Assembly: GCA_964413265.1 (NCBI GenBank)
Contig: CAYPRX010000119.1
Coordinates: 15,445 to 79,444, forward strand
Length of the DNA stretch: 64,000 nt
Reading direction: 5' to 3'
Source: an uncultured Brevinematales bacterium
GTDB lineage: Bacteria > Spirochaetota > Brevinematia > Brevinematales > JAOACQ01
The notes beneath the pieces are model-generated. The model was not told the DNA's origin and searched no databases. It saw only the letters and a list, made by a program, of their open reading frames with translations. The number at the start of each line of letters is the position of its first letter. Positions within the stretch are counted from its first letter, which is position 1. The position numbers were made by a program, and so were the translations under genes. Positions 17,293-28,086 of this stretch are shown here, in pieces.

Positions 17293-18371
17293 GAGTACGC
17301 TTTATTATTATTTTCATATCGGCGTTGATTTTTATTCTTTTGACATCCCTTCTGGCAAGCTATACCATTATTTCAAACACCCAAAAGGAATTTGAGAATG
17401 AACTGGTCAATATAACGAAATCTTCTGCTCAAAGCCCGGAGGTATCGCAGAAAGTTTCCATATTCAGGGCTTTTTCCAAACAAAGGGTCGTTGAGATAAC
17501 ACGCTCCGTCCTGGGAATATTTTTCTTGGAAGCCGTGGTTATGTCGCTCTTATACATTTTTTTTATTTTCGGGGTCACCAAACCGATCGGAAAGTTATCA
17601 AGTGCCGTAAGGTATGTTTATTTCGGAGGAAATGAGGAGGATCTTTTATTAAAAGAGACGGGAACTGAGGAGATCAGGACTCTCATCAGAGCGTTTAATG
17701 ATATGATAATTAAACTCAAAAATTATGAAAAAATTCTTGGAAATATCCAGAAATACAGGGGATGGAAGGAAATCTCAAGAATAATAGTGCATGAGATCAA
17801 TAACATCATTTCACCCATACAGACATATATGGAATATCTTGCAGACAAGGGGAATGAAAAAGATAAAGTATCTTTTATACTCAATAAGCTCAATGAAATG
17901 AAAATGATTTTGAGTAAGTTCCGGGAGATATCCCATTTTCCCGATGCAAATCTTGAGGAAAGGGATGTAATCCCTATCATAGAAGAGGTATGCAGGGAAT
18001 TTAAAAATGCGAAACTCTCACATGGAATTGAGCCTGTGTTTATTCTGAAAATCGATACAATCCTGTTCAAGGAAACAATAAGAAACTTGATCAAGAATGG
18101 CATAGAGGCGGGGGAAGGCTCAAGAGTTGAAGTAATATTAAAAAATGACGGGAATGAAAAAGTCATTCTGATCAGAGACACCGGGTGCGGGATGAGCCCG
18201 GATACAGTAAAAAAGATATTTGAGCCAGGCTATTCAACAAAAAAAGGAAATATCGGGATAGGACTTACAATTGTAAAGAGCCTTACTCAGGAACAGAACG
18301 CCCGGATAGAAGTTGAGAGTGGAATAGACAAGGGCACGACCTTCGCGCTTATCTTCCAGGAGGGAATATGA
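17289..18371 (+). CDS. HAMP-domain sensor histidine kinase (NtrY-like)
   Basis: Two TM helices, HAMP, H-box VHEINN, N-box NLIKNG, DTGCG, FEPGYSTK, GIGL. Confidence 0.92.
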   Translation: MRVRFIIIFISALIFILLTSLLASYTIISNTQKEFENELVNITKSSAQSPEVSQKVSIFRAFSKQRVVEITRSVLGIFFLEAVVMSLLYIFFIFGVTKPIGKLSSAVRYVYFGGNEEDLLLKETGTEEIRTLIRAFNDMIIKLKNYEKILGNIQKYRGWKEISRIIVHEINNIISPIQTYMEYLADKGNEKDKVSFILNKLNEMKMILSKFREISHFPDANLEERDVIPIIEEVCREFKNAKLSHGIEPVFILKIDTILFKETIRNLIKNGIEAGEGSRVEVILKNDGNEKVILIRDTGCGMSPDTVKKIFEPGYSTKKGNIGIGLTIVKSLTQEQNARIEVESGIDKGTTFALIFQEGI

Positions 18372-19705
18372 AATTGCTTATTGTTGACGATAATGAAGAC
18401 GTTATATCCAGTTTAAAAGGTGTATTCGGGGAATATGATATCATAGGCGCGGATTCTATAAAGAACGCGAAAAAATACCTTGCTCTGGAGGACGATTCAA
18501 TAGAAATAGCCGTTATCGATATGAAACTTGGTGATGAGGATGGGCTTGAACTTTTAAGCGACATCAAGCAGAGATATCCCTTCATAGAATGCGTTATGAT
18601 ATCCGGGTATTCGAGTGTTGAAAAGGCTGTCCTCTCTATAAAGATGGGTGCATTTGATTTTGTCGAAAAACCGATTTCCTATCAAAAGATGAAGGTGGTA
18701 ATCAACAATGCGATTGAACATAAAATGTTTTCGAGCCTTCTAAAAAAGGAATTGGAAAAGTACGAAATTGTAGGAGAATCTTCCGCAATAAAAAAGATGA
18801 ACAATTTAATAGAAAAAGCCTCACATATTGATTTCCCGGTACTGATAACCGGTGAAAGCGGGGTGGGTAAGGAGCATGTGGCTCACCTGATACATCTTAA
18901 GAGTAAACGCGGCAAGAATGAAATGATAAAACAGAACTGCGCAGCTATTCCTGAAAACCTCTTTGAAAGCGAACTTTTCGGCCATGAAAAGGGAGCTTTT
19001 ACAGGAGCCTCAAGTGTGAGAAAGGGGAAAATTGAACTTGCGAGTCAGGGCACTCTTTTCCTTGATGAAGTGGGGGAGATGCCGCTTTCACAGCAGGCCA
19101 AGCTGTTAAGAGTCCTTGAGGACAGGGAAATTACCCGTGTGGGGGGTGAAAACAAGATAAAGGTTGATTTCCGTCTGATCTGTGCGACCAACCGGAACCT
19201 TAAAGAGGCGGTCAGTGAAGGCAAATTCAGAGAGGATTTTTTTTACAGGATAGGGGTTATTGTCGTCAATATTCCGCCCCTGCGAGAGAGAAAAGAGGAT
19301 ATAAAAAATCTGGCCGAACATTTTTTAAAGCAGGCCTGTATTGAAAACGGTTCCTTTATAAAATCGATCAGCAATGAAGCGATGAAACTTATCTGTGAAA
19401 TTCCTCTGAAAGGAAATATCAGGGAACTGAAGAACCTCATGCAGAGGCTTTACGCTTTTTCAGAGAATGAGGTGATACTTCCAGGGGATGTAAGGAATAC
19501 AATGGTTTCACAGAATAAAAACGGTGTGGACTTCATTTTTCAAAATACAATGCAGTACAGCGAAGCAAAAAAAATGCTTGAAAAAAAGTATATAATTACC
19601 CAGCTTTCAATGAACGCCAACAACGTGTCACGGACTGCTATCAGTCTTGGAATCTTGCCGAATAATCTTTTGAGGAAGATGAAGGATCTTGATATCGTGC
19701 TCTAG
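18368..19705 (+). CDS. Sigma54-dependent response regulator (NtrX/NtrC family)
   Basis: REC domain, GESGVGKE, ELFGHEKGAFTGA, LFLDEV, C-terminal HTH. Confidence 0.95.
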   Translation: MKLLIVDDNEDVISSLKGVFGEYDIIGADSIKNAKKYLALEDDSIEIAVIDMKLGDEDGLELLSDIKQRYPFIECVMISGYSSVEKAVLSIKMGAFDFVEKPISYQKMKVVINNAIEHKMFSSLLKKELEKYEIVGESSAIKKMNNLIEKASHIDFPVLITGESGVGKEHVAHLIHLKSKRGKNEMIKQNCAAIPENLFESELFGHEKGAFTGASSVRKGKIELASQGTLFLDEVGEMPLSQQAKLLRVLEDREITRVGGENKIKVDFRLICATNRNLKEAVSEGKFREDFFYRIGVIVVNIPPLRERKEDIKNLAEHFLKQACIENGSFIKSISNEAMKLICEIPLKGNIRELKNLMQRLYAFSENEVILPGDVRNTMVSQNKNGVDFIFQNTMQYSEAKKMLEKKYIITQLSMNANNVSRTAISLGILPNNLLRKMKDLDIVL

Positions 19706-19706
19706 A

Positions 19707-19735
19707 TTGCCAAAAAACCCCTCCTATGATAGAAT
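19707..19735 (+). promoter_or_regulatory. Sigma70 promoter (extended -10)
   Basis: TTGCCA-N17-TAGAAT with TG upstream of the -10. Confidence 0.6.
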
Positions 19736-19765
19736 TATCGAAGGTTTTAATTCCGGAAGGTCTTT

Positions 19766-20488
19766 ATGAAGGGTCTGGTGATCATTCCCACATATAACGA
19801 GGCTGAAAATATAAGGCTAATCATACCCGAAGTACTTAAACAGGGAAGGTCATTTGAAGTTCTGGTTGTTGATGATAATTCACCGGACGGTACTGGCCGG
19901 ATAGTAAAAAAAATGGTGCAGTCTAATGAGCGGATACATCTGATAGAGCGTAAACAAAAAGCAGGACTTGGAAAGGCATATGTCGCAGGATTTAAATGGG
20001 CCCTGAAACAGGATAAATCATATGATTTCTTCTGCGAAATGGATGCTGATTTTTCCCATGATCCCTGTGAACTTCACCTGTTTACCGAGGCATTAAAGGA
20101 GGGATATGATGCTGTCTGCGGGTCCCGTTATATCAGGGGTGTCAGGGTCCTTAACTGGGATCTGAAAAGATTGCTCATCAGCTTGATCGGGAATATTTAT
20201 GCGCGAATTTCAACAGGTGTGAAACTTACAGATCTAACCGGCGGATACAACTGTTATACACGCAGGGTGCTTGAACAGCTAAACCTTGACGGGATAAGCT
20301 CAAGCGGGTATTCCTTTCAAATTGAGATGAAGGTCAAGACAACATGGAAAGGCTTCAGGATCAAGGAAGTCCCAATAATTTTCCGCGACCGTTATGAAGG
20401 CACAACTAAGATGAGCGGAGGGATTGTAAACGAAGCCATTCTCAAGTGCTGGAAATTCCGGATCGATAAATGGCTCAAAAGAATATAA
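19766..20488 (+). CDS. Polyprenol monophosphomannose synthase (Ppm1/DPM1-like GT2)
   Basis: IIPTYNEAENI, VDDNSPDGT, GLGKAY, MDADFSHDP, GSRY, YSFQIEM. Confidence 0.85.
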   Translation: MKGLVIIPTYNEAENIRLIIPEVLKQGRSFEVLVVDDNSPDGTGRIVKKMVQSNERIHLIERKQKAGLGKAYVAGFKWALKQDKSYDFFCEMDADFSHDPCELHLFTEALKEGYDAVCGSRYIRGVRVLNWDLKRLLISLIGNIYARISTGVKLTDLTGGYNCYTRRVLEQLNLDGISSSGYSFQIEMKVKTTWKGFRIKEVPIIFRDRYEGTTKMSGGIVNEAILKCWKFRIDKWLKRI

Positions 20489-21744
20489 AGGTCAGATTCG
20501 CACCATCGCCGACAGGGAAGCTTCACCTTGGCAGCGCGCGAACCGCTGTTTTCAACTGGCTATATGCCAGGCATATGGGCGGTATCTTTGTTCTGAGGAT
20601 AGAAGATACTGACCTTGCCCGTTCGGAAGAATCATATACTGAATCCATTATCGAAGATATGGCCTGGCTTGGGATGGATTACGATGAGTTTTACAGGCAA
20701 AGCGATAGGTTCGATATATACAGGTCCTATGCAGAAAAGCTTCTTTCGACTGGCATGGCTTATTACAGCGATGAGAGCTTACGCATCAGAATCGGAAAAC
20801 CCAGGGTTATAGCTTTTAATGATATTGTAAAAGGTGGCATTTCGGTAAATACTACTGAACTTGATGATTTTGTCATAATGAAAGGCACCGGTACACCAAC
20901 TTACAATTTTGCCGTAGTAATTGATGACGCCTTGATGGGCATTACCCACTGCATCAGGGGTGAAGATCATATAACCAATACAATAAAACAGATAATCGTT
21001 TATGAATACCTTTCTTTAGGGGTTCCCATTTTTGCTCATCTTCCTCTTGTAATGGACATTGATAAAAGCAGGTTATCTAAACGTAAAGGTTCTAAAGAAA
21101 TAGATTATTACCGTTCTTCAGGGATACTTCCTGAGGCTCTTCTCAACACAATAGCGAGGCTCGGATGGTCATACGGCGATAAAGAGGTCTTCACCAAGGA
21201 AGAGCTCATCAGCCTTTTTGATATTTCAAAAATAGCCAGATCCAGTGCTGTTTATGATGAGGGAAAGATGGAATGGTTAAACGGCAGACATATGAAAATA
21301 CAGGATATCGACAGGATTTATTCACATTTCATGGAATTCACGGCGGCTGCTGGTCTTGAAATGAAGGGGAGGATGTCCGACAGCACCTGGCTTAAGAAAG
21401 CAGTAGAACTGCTTCGCGGAAGGCATAAGACAATGAAATCACTCTATAATGAAGTGTCTCTTTATGCCGGTGATATTCCGGATTTGAAAGAGATCAAGAT
21501 TGAACCTGCTGTGGAAAAGGCCTTCAAGGAGGCAGCGGAATATATCTGCTCTATCCCTCCGGATGAAGACACAGAGGAAATTGAGAAGGGGTTAAGGCAT
21601 ATAGCCCAAAAAAATTCATTAAAATTCGGCGAACTTGCCGGTGCGCTTCGCCTTACGCTTACGGGAAGGAAGGAAAGCCCAGGATTGACTGTTTTATTAG
21701 CCCTGCTGGGAGAAGAGGCCAGGAAGAGGCTTATATGCAGCTAA
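20470..21744 (+). CDS. gltX: Glutamate--tRNA ligase
   Basis: RFAPSPTGKLHLG, RIEDTD, IRGEDH, LSKR. Confidence 0.95.
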   Translation: MAQKNIKVRFAPSPTGKLHLGSARTAVFNWLYARHMGGIFVLRIEDTDLARSEESYTESIIEDMAWLGMDYDEFYRQSDRFDIYRSYAEKLLSTGMAYYSDESLRIRIGKPRVIAFNDIVKGGISVNTTELDDFVIMKGTGTPTYNFAVVIDDALMGITHCIRGEDHITNTIKQIIVYEYLSLGVPIFAHLPLVMDIDKSRLSKRKGSKEIDYYRSSGILPEALLNTIARLGWSYGDKEVFTKEELISLFDISKIARSSAVYDEGKMEWLNGRHMKIQDIDRIYSHFMEFTAAAGLEMKGRMSDSTWLKKAVELLRGRHKTMKSLYNEVSLYAGDIPDLKEIKIEPAVEKAFKEAAEYICSIPPDEDTEEIEKGLRHIAQKNSLKFGELAGALRLTLTGRKESPGLTVLLALLGEEARKRLICS

Positions 21745-21794
21745 GACACATAGATTACCTTGACATATTTTTGGTTAAGACTTAACCTTTTAAA

Positions 21795-23717
21795 GTGAAA
21801 AAGAATATATTATTAGTATATCCCGAATTTCCTTCCACATATTGGGGTTTTGAGCACAGTCTGAAATTTATCGGGAAAAGGGCGGCTTATCCACCTCTTG
21901 GTCTGATGACGATTGCTGCTCTCATTCCCCCTCAATATGACCTTAAACTTGTAAATATGAATGTAGAAGCATTAAAAGAAAGTGATATTGAATGGTCGGA
22001 TTATGTTTTTCTTTCCGCTATGATCGTTCAAAAGGATTCCTTTGACGATGTAGTCAGGCTATCCCATAAACATAATAAAACTGTTGTCGCAGGCGGGCCA
22101 TACCCGACCATGTCATATGCGAATATTGCGGGGGTTGATCACTTTGTACTTGATGAGGCTGAAATGACATTGCCGGATTTTTTCAGGGACATTGAAGAGG
22201 GAAAAGGAGCGAAGATTTACAGATCCAGTCTTAAGCCGGAGATGTCTATGGCCCCTTTACCGCGCTTTGACCTGATAGATATTAATGCGTACGCCTCCAT
22301 GGCTTTGCAGTTTTCACGAGGGTGTCCTTTTGATTGTGAGTTTTGCGATATTATAGAGCTTTTCGGCCACAAACCGAGGACAAAATCGCCCCAGCAATTC
22401 ATCAATGAACTTGAAAGCCTTTATAAAACAGGGTACAGGGGATCTGTCTTTATTGTTGATGATAACTTCATCGGGAACAAATTTGCTGTAAAAGAACTGC
22501 TGAGGACCATATTAGAATGGCAGAATGAGAAAAGATATCCGTTTACATTTATGACTGAAGCAAGTATAAATCTTGCAGATGATGAAGAACTGCTGAATCT
22601 TATGGCTGAGGTCAGATTTAACGGGGTATTTCTAGGCATTGAAACCCCCTCGGAAGAATCGCTCAAGCTTGCTAACAAACTGCAGAATACAAAAATTAAA
22701 ATGCTTGAAAGCATACATAAAATACAGAGCAAGGGTCTGGAAGTATCAGGCGGATTTATTTTAGGTTTTGACAGTGATGAAGATGATATTTTTGACCGCC
22801 AGATCAAATTTATAAACGATGCCGCTATACCAATGGCAATGGTCGGGCTCCTTACAGCACTTGAACAGACGAGGCTTTATAAAAGGCTCTCGGATGAAAA
22901 GAGGATTATCAAAGGGGTATCGGGAAACAATACCCATACCCTTGAATTGAATTTTATTCCCAGAATGCCGGTCGACAAGCTCATTGAGGGTTATAAAAGG
23001 GTAATTTCGACAGTATATGAACCAAGGGTATATTTCAAGCGCTGTTATGATCTTATAAATATCCTTCCCAATAAATACCATTCTTCTGTGAAAAAATTTT
23101 CGATATCCAATATAATTATATACTTTTATGCCCTTATAAGGTCGATTTTTCTCCAGGGCTTCAGCTCATACGGTCATATATACTTAAAATTTCTTGCCAA
23201 GGTTTTGATATCCAAGCCCGCAAGGTTCCCTCAAGCAGTAAAGTCTGCTATCTTCGGTTATCATTTCTTCTTATTTACAGACAGGCAGATCAATAAAAAG
23301 ATGGCGCTTCTGGATAACTTCAAGGTCTATATCAATATGCTTATAAAATTTTTTCAGGAAAAGATTGCTTTTGCCCATAACCTGAATTGGAAAAAAGCCG
23401 TCAATGAACTCTTTAATCTCAGAGAAAAGGTGCTTCCAGATGTGAACAGGAAATATAAAAGGGCATCAAAACTTTCGAATCAATATACGGAAAGTGCTAT
23501 GGGAAGACTTGAAGAGAGTATTTTTGATTATATAAATAGAATCAGTTATTTTTTAAAGAAAGCGATGGACAAAACAGGCAGTGATAAGCACCGGTATATA
23601 AACCGCGTGAAGAGCGCAATAAGCTCTAACCTACCTGATTCAATGAGGTTCGGTAAACTCGCAAAAATTATCGATAAAGTATTGCTTGATTTCTGTACTG
23701 CAGGTGTTACGCGCTAG
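21795..23717 (+). CDS. B12-binding radical SAM protein (DUF4070/HpnP-like) with a C-terminal extension
   Basis: YPPLGL, VAGGPY, QFSRGCPFDCEFC, VDDNF, GFILGFD. Confidence 0.88.
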   Translation: MKKNILLVYPEFPSTYWGFEHSLKFIGKRAAYPPLGLMTIAALIPPQYDLKLVNMNVEALKESDIEWSDYVFLSAMIVQKDSFDDVVRLSHKHNKTVVAGGPYPTMSYANIAGVDHFVLDEAEMTLPDFFRDIEEGKGAKIYRSSLKPEMSMAPLPRFDLIDINAYASMALQFSRGCPFDCEFCDIIELFGHKPRTKSPQQFINELESLYKTGYRGSVFIVDDNFIGNKFAVKELLRTILEWQNEKRYPFTFMTEASINLADDEELLNLMAEVRFNGVFLGIETPSEESLKLANKLQNTKIKMLESIHKIQSKGLEVSGGFILGFDSDEDDIFDRQIKFINDAAIPMAMVGLLTALEQTRLYKRLSDEKRIIKGVSGNNTHTLELNFIPRMPVDKLIEGYKRVISTVYEPRVYFKRCYDLINILPNKYHSSVKKFSISNIIIYFYALIRSIFLQGFSSYGHIYLKFLAKVLISKPARFPQAVKSAIFGYHFFLFTDRQINKKMALLDNFKVYINMLIKFFQEKIAFAHNLNWKKAVNELFNLREKVLPDVNRKYKRASKLSNQYTESAMGRLEESIFDYINRISYFLKKAMDKTGSDKHRYINRVKSAISSNLPDSMRFGKLAKIIDKVLLDFCTAGVTR

Positions 23718-26091
23718 CTTTTGACCTGCCGGCTTTTGACATTCCGGTCTTCTTCACTGGCTTATTTTTCTCAATCATTACAATCTTAAGAACTTCCTCT
23801 ATTTTTTCCACATAATAAATAGTTAGATCTTTGAGTATCTGTTCGTTCATCTCGCTTATGTCTTTCTCATTACTTTTTGGAATTATCACTTTGAATATTC
23901 CGCCTCTTTTTGCAGCCAGGAGCTTTTCCCTGAGCCCTCCTATTGGCAATACATCACCTTTAAGTGTTATTTCGCCTGTCATAGCAAAGTCGTTACGGGC
24001 TTTTTTACCTGAAAAAGTTGAAATGATGGAGCTGATCATCGTTACACCAGCCGAGGGTCCGTCTTTGGGTATTGCCCCTTCAGGTACATGGATGTGAAGA
24101 TCGTTCTGTCTGAAGAGCACCGGATCAATTCCGGACTTTTCAGCCACTGACTTGGCGTATGAAAAGGCAATCTTTGCTGATTCCTGCATGACCTCTCCAA
24201 GCTGGCCTGTAAGTATGAGATCACCCTTACCCTTGAAGATTGAACTCTCTATATAAAGAACATCACCGCCGTTCTCAGTCCATGCCAGTCCGGCAATCAC
24301 GCCGACCCTCGGTTCCTTCTGACCGCGGGTAAAATCGAATTTCCTTACACCGAGGTGCTTTGAGATTTTTTTCGAGTCTATTCGTATCGAATTTACATCA
24401 AGGCTAACCTTGTCCCTGGCGATTTTTCTGATCACCTTTCCGATGTTTCTCTCAAGGCTCCTGACCCCGGCTTCCTTGGTATAAAATCTTACAATATCGA
24501 GAATGGAATTATCTGTAAAGTTTACCTTAATGTCTGTCATACCATTTTCTGTCATCTGCTTCGGTATTAAAAATTTCTTCGCAATCTCTTTTTTTTCGAG
24601 TTCCGTATAACCCGGAATTTCTATTATTTCCATTCTGTCTCTCAGGGGTATGGGTATATTGTAGAGATTATTTGCCGTTGTGATGAAAAAAACATAGGAC
24701 AGGTCAAAATCAAGTGACATATAATGGTCATTAAATGTGTTGTTCTGCTCCGGATCAAGAACCTCCAGAAGAGCGGAACTCGGATCTCCCCTGAAATCCG
24801 TACTCATTTTATCGATTTCATCCATAAGAAACACAGGATTCATTGAACCTGCTTTTTTCATCATTTGTACGATCTTACCTGGAAGCGCGCCTACATAAGT
24901 CCTTCTGTGACCTCTTATTTCGGCTTCATCCCTCACGCCTCCTAATGATACGCGGATAAAATTACGATTCAGAGCATGGGCGATGGATTTGGCGAGGGAA
25001 GTCTTCCCTGTTCCCGGAGGGCCTACGAAACAGATTATCGGACCCTTTGACTTCGGATTGAGCTGGCGTACCGCTATAAAATCTATGATTCTTTCCTTTG
25101 CCTCTTTAAGTCCGTAATGTTCCTTTTCAAGGATGTCTTCCGCCACCTTCAGGTCTTTATTATCGACTGTATATTTTCCCCAGGGAAGATCTACCAGCCA
25201 TTCTATGTAGTTGTAAAGAACAGTGTATTCCGGTGACATATTGGGTATTTTTGAAAGCCTGCCAAGTTCGCTCTCAAATTTCTCTTTTACCGCTTCAGGC
25301 ATTTCCCGTGATTTCGCCCTTTCTCTCAGTTCCAGTATGCCTTCATCCTGTGATTCTCCCTCATCGAGTTCCTTTCTGATTTCTTTAAGCTGTTCGTTTA
25401 AAAAGTACTTTTTCTGCATTTTCTCCATTCTATCCTGAACACGTTTGTTGATATCATCCTCAATTTTAAGAACGTCTATCTCTTTGTGCACAAGAGCAAG
25501 TGTTTTTGTGAGCCTTTCGTTAATATCATTTTCTTCAAGGATTGCCTGTTTGTCCGAAACCTGGGATGGTATGTTCGCCATTACCGCGTCAATTAATTTT
25601 TCAGAATCATCGATCGATACTATGGAGGCTGCCGTATCTTTCGGAATCTTGGGATTAAGCGATATATATTCGACAAATTTATCCTTTAAAGTCCTGATAA
25701 GTGCCTCAAGCTCATTACTGTTGTTTACTTTAGAAACAAGATCATCGACTTCAGCCATTGAAAAACCGTCATCCTGAATAAATCTGGAGATTTTGCTTCT
25801 TTTAAGCCCCTCTACAAGGATCCGCACCATGCCGTTAGGCATATTTATCAGTTCCAGGATTGTAGAGACACATCCTACGTCAAAAATATCATCATCGGAT
25901 GGGTTTTCAACATCCTTGCTTTTTTGAGCGGAAAGTAAAAGAGGGAGATTATTTTCAAAGGCATGCATTACCGCCTTTACTGAAGTATTGCGGCCAATAA
26001 TAAGCGGTACAACCATATATGGGAAAACAACTATACCGCGAAGCGGTATCAGAGGGAATTTTTCTTTTTTTTTATTGTCGGATTCGCCCAT
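23707..26091 (-). CDS. lon: ATP-dependent protease La
   Basis: GPPGTGKTS, HRRTYVGALPG, LMDEIDK, PKDGPSAG. Confidence 0.98.
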   Translation of the reverse strand: MGESDNKKKEKFPLIPLRGIVVFPYMVVPLIIGRNTSVKAVMHAFENNLPLLLSAQKSKDVENPSDDDIFDVGCVSTILELINMPNGMVRILVEGLKRSKISRFIQDDGFSMAEVDDLVSKVNNSNELEALIRTLKDKFVEYISLNPKIPKDTAASIVSIDDSEKLIDAVMANIPSQVSDKQAILEENDINERLTKTLALVHKEIDVLKIEDDINKRVQDRMEKMQKKYFLNEQLKEIRKELDEGESQDEGILELRERAKSREMPEAVKEKFESELGRLSKIPNMSPEYTVLYNYIEWLVDLPWGKYTVDNKDLKVAEDILEKEHYGLKEAKERIIDFIAVRQLNPKSKGPIICFVGPPGTGKTSLAKSIAHALNRNFIRVSLGGVRDEAEIRGHRRTYVGALPGKIVQMMKKAGSMNPVFLMDEIDKMSTDFRGDPSSALLEVLDPEQNNTFNDHYMSLDFDLSYVFFITTANNLYNIPIPLRDRMEIIEIPGYTELEKKEIAKKFLIPKQMTENGMTDIKVNFTDNSILDIVRFYTKEAGVRSLERNIGKVIRKIARDKVSLDVNSIRIDSKKISKHLGVRKFDFTRGQKEPRVGVIAGLAWTENGGDVLYIESSIFKGKGDLILTGQLGEVMQESAKIAFSYAKSVAEKSGIDPVLFRQNDLHIHVPEGAIPKDGPSAGVTMISSIISTFSGKKARNDFAMTGEITLKGDVLPIGGLREKLLAAKRGGIFKVIIPKSNEKDISEMNEQILKDLTIYYVEKIEEVLKIVMIEKNKPVKKTGMSKAGRSKASA

Positions 26092-26103
26092 TTACTTACC
26101 TCA

Positions 26104-27399
26104 TTATGCTATTTTGGGCTCTTTACCCAGGGTTACCACATCTTTGTCTATGATGCAGTGTTTTACATTTTTCATCGATGGAATTTCATACATTATATCT
26201 AGCATAACTTCCTCAATAACAGATCTTAATCCCCTTGCTCCTGTTTTCTTTTCTTTTGTCTTATTTACAATCTCGCTTATGGCGTCGTTGGTGAATTCCA
26301 GTTCAACATTTTCAAGACCCAGGAGTTTTTGATACTGTTTGATTAAAGCATTTTTAGGATCAGTAAGAATCCGCTTTAACTCGTCATCTTTGAGTTCATG
26401 GAGTATAGCTGTAATAGGAAGCCTTCCGACCAATTCGGGAATAAGTCCATATTTGATAAAATCATGCGGTATTATATCTTTCAGCACCCTTTCAGTATCA
26501 GTTCTGGAATGTGTCTGAGCACTTTTAAATCCGACTTCTTTTTTCCCCAACCTTGATTTTACTATCTCCTCAAGTCCAACGAAAGCTCCACCAACTATAA
26601 ATAAAATATTGCAGGTATTAACCATGATATTTTTCTGCTGGGGGTGCTTCCTGCCTCCGTATGCCGGTACCGACGCATCCGTACCCTCTATCAGTTTTAA
26701 AAGTGCCTGCTGAACACCCTCTCCCGATACATCCCGGGTAATGGATACGTTTTCGCTCTTTCTTGCTATTTTATCGATTTCATCTATATAAACGATTCCA
26801 ACTTCCGCCCTTGAAATCAAGTTTTCAAGGTCTTTGGATTCCGGATCGAAATAACCTCCGGCCGCATTCTGAAGAAGCCTTAAGAGAACATTTTCAACAT
26901 CATCACCTACATAGCCGGCTTCTGTCAGGGTAGTGGCGTCAGCTATGGCAAAAGGAACGTCAAGCATCCTGGCAAGTATCTTGGCAAGAAGTGTTTTACC
27001 GCTGCCGGTGGGACCTAAAAGAATTATATTGCTTTTTTCGATCTCGACATCATTTTTTTCATCATCAAATGAATTTGAAAAAATTCTCTTGTAATGATTG
27101 TAAACAGCCACTGAGAGTATTTTTTTTGCGTTATCCTGTCCGATTACATAAGAATCGAGAAATTCTTTCATCTCTTTAGGCCTCGGGAGTTTGTGTACAG
27201 TGCTGATAGTGTTGCTTCTATGCTCAGCCTGGATAGCCTGATAAGAATTGTAAAGGCAGTTATCGCATATATAAACGTCACCCTCCCCCTTTATCATTCT
27301 GTAAACTTCGCTGGAAGAAGCTCCGCAAAAACTGCATTGAACATTTTTTTTAAACCTTGTCAGACTGTTTTCTATATTTTCTTTTTTGTTCACGGACAT
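26104..27399 (-). CDS. clpX: ATP-dependent Clp protease ATPase subunit
   Basis: CSFCG..CDNC zinc domain, [35 protein letters not shown]. Confidence 0.98.
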   Translation of the reverse strand: MSVNKKENIENSLTRFKKNVQCSFCGASSSEVYRMIKGEGDVYICDNCLYNSYQAIQAEHRSNTISTVHKLPRPKEMKEFLDSYVIGQDNAKKILSVAVYNHYKRIFSNSFDDEKNDVEIEKSNIILLGPTGSGKTLLAKILARMLDVPFAIADATTLTEAGYVGDDVENVLLRLLQNAAGGYFDPESKDLENLISRAEVGIVYIDEIDKIARKSENVSITRDVSGEGVQQALLKLIEGTDASVPAYGGRKHPQQKNIMVNTCNILFIVGGAFVGLEEIVKSRLGKKEVGFKSAQTHSRTDTERVLKDIIPHDFIKYGLIPELVGRLPITAILHELKDDELKRILTDPKNALIKQYQKLLGLENVELEFTNDAISEIVNKTKEKKTGARGLRSVIEEVMLDIMYEIPSMKNVKHCIIDKDVVTLGKEPKIA

Positions 27400-27402
27400 C
27401 TT

Positions 27403-27984
27403 TTATTTCCTTTTATCTATTATTTCATCGATAATTCCGTATTTTTTCGCTTCATCACTGGACATAAAGAAATCTCTATCAGAATCGGCTTCAATCTTAT
27501 CCAATGGCTGACCTGTATGCTTTACCAGTATTGAGTCCAGCATACTCTTTGTTCTGAGCATTTCTTCTGCCTGTATTTTTATATCTGTCGCCTGTCCCTG
27601 GGTTCCTCCGGAAGGCTGGTGAATCATAATGCGAGAATGAGGAAGTGTGAAGCGTTTTCCATGTTTACCGGCAGCCAGGAGTACTGCTCCCATAGAGGCG
27701 GCCATGCCTATGCAGATAGTGGAAACATCGCATTTTATATATTGCATAGTATCGTAAATTGCAAGCCCTGATGTAACAATTCCTCCCGGTGAATTTATAT
27801 AGAGATTGATGTCCCTTTCAGGATCTTCAGCCTCTAAGAATAAAAGCTGCGCAATCACAAGATTGGCAATATCGTCATCAACTGCGGAACCTAAAAAAAC
27901 GATCCTGTCTTTCAAGAGCCTTGAATATATATCATAAGCTCTTTCCCCCCTGTTGCTCTGTTCAATAACCATTGGAATCAGCAT
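27403..27984 (-). CDS. clpP: Clp protease proteolytic subunit
   Basis: [27 protein letters not shown]. Confidence 0.98.
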   Translation of the reverse strand: MLIPMVIEQSNRGERAYDIYSRLLKDRIVFLGSAVDDDIANLVIAQLLFLEAEDPERDINLYINSPGGIVTSGLAIYDTMQYIKCDVSTICIGMAASMGAVLLAAGKHGKRFTLPHSRIMIHQPSGGTQGQATDIKIQAEEMLRTKSMLDSILVKHTGQPLDKIEADSDRDFFMSSDEAKKYGIIDEIIDKRK

Positions 27985-28086
27985 AAATAACCTCTTTATT
28001 CAAATATTATAATTAGATCCTTTAAAATTCCCGTATAAATATAATTAATATATTATATAAAGTAAAATAACGGTAATGTTGGTTGC

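Noticed and set aside
27985-28086. Missing trigger factor or heat-shock operator upstream of clpP
   Set aside because: No CIRCE or CtsR box seen; loss of tig linkage is common and unremarkable.
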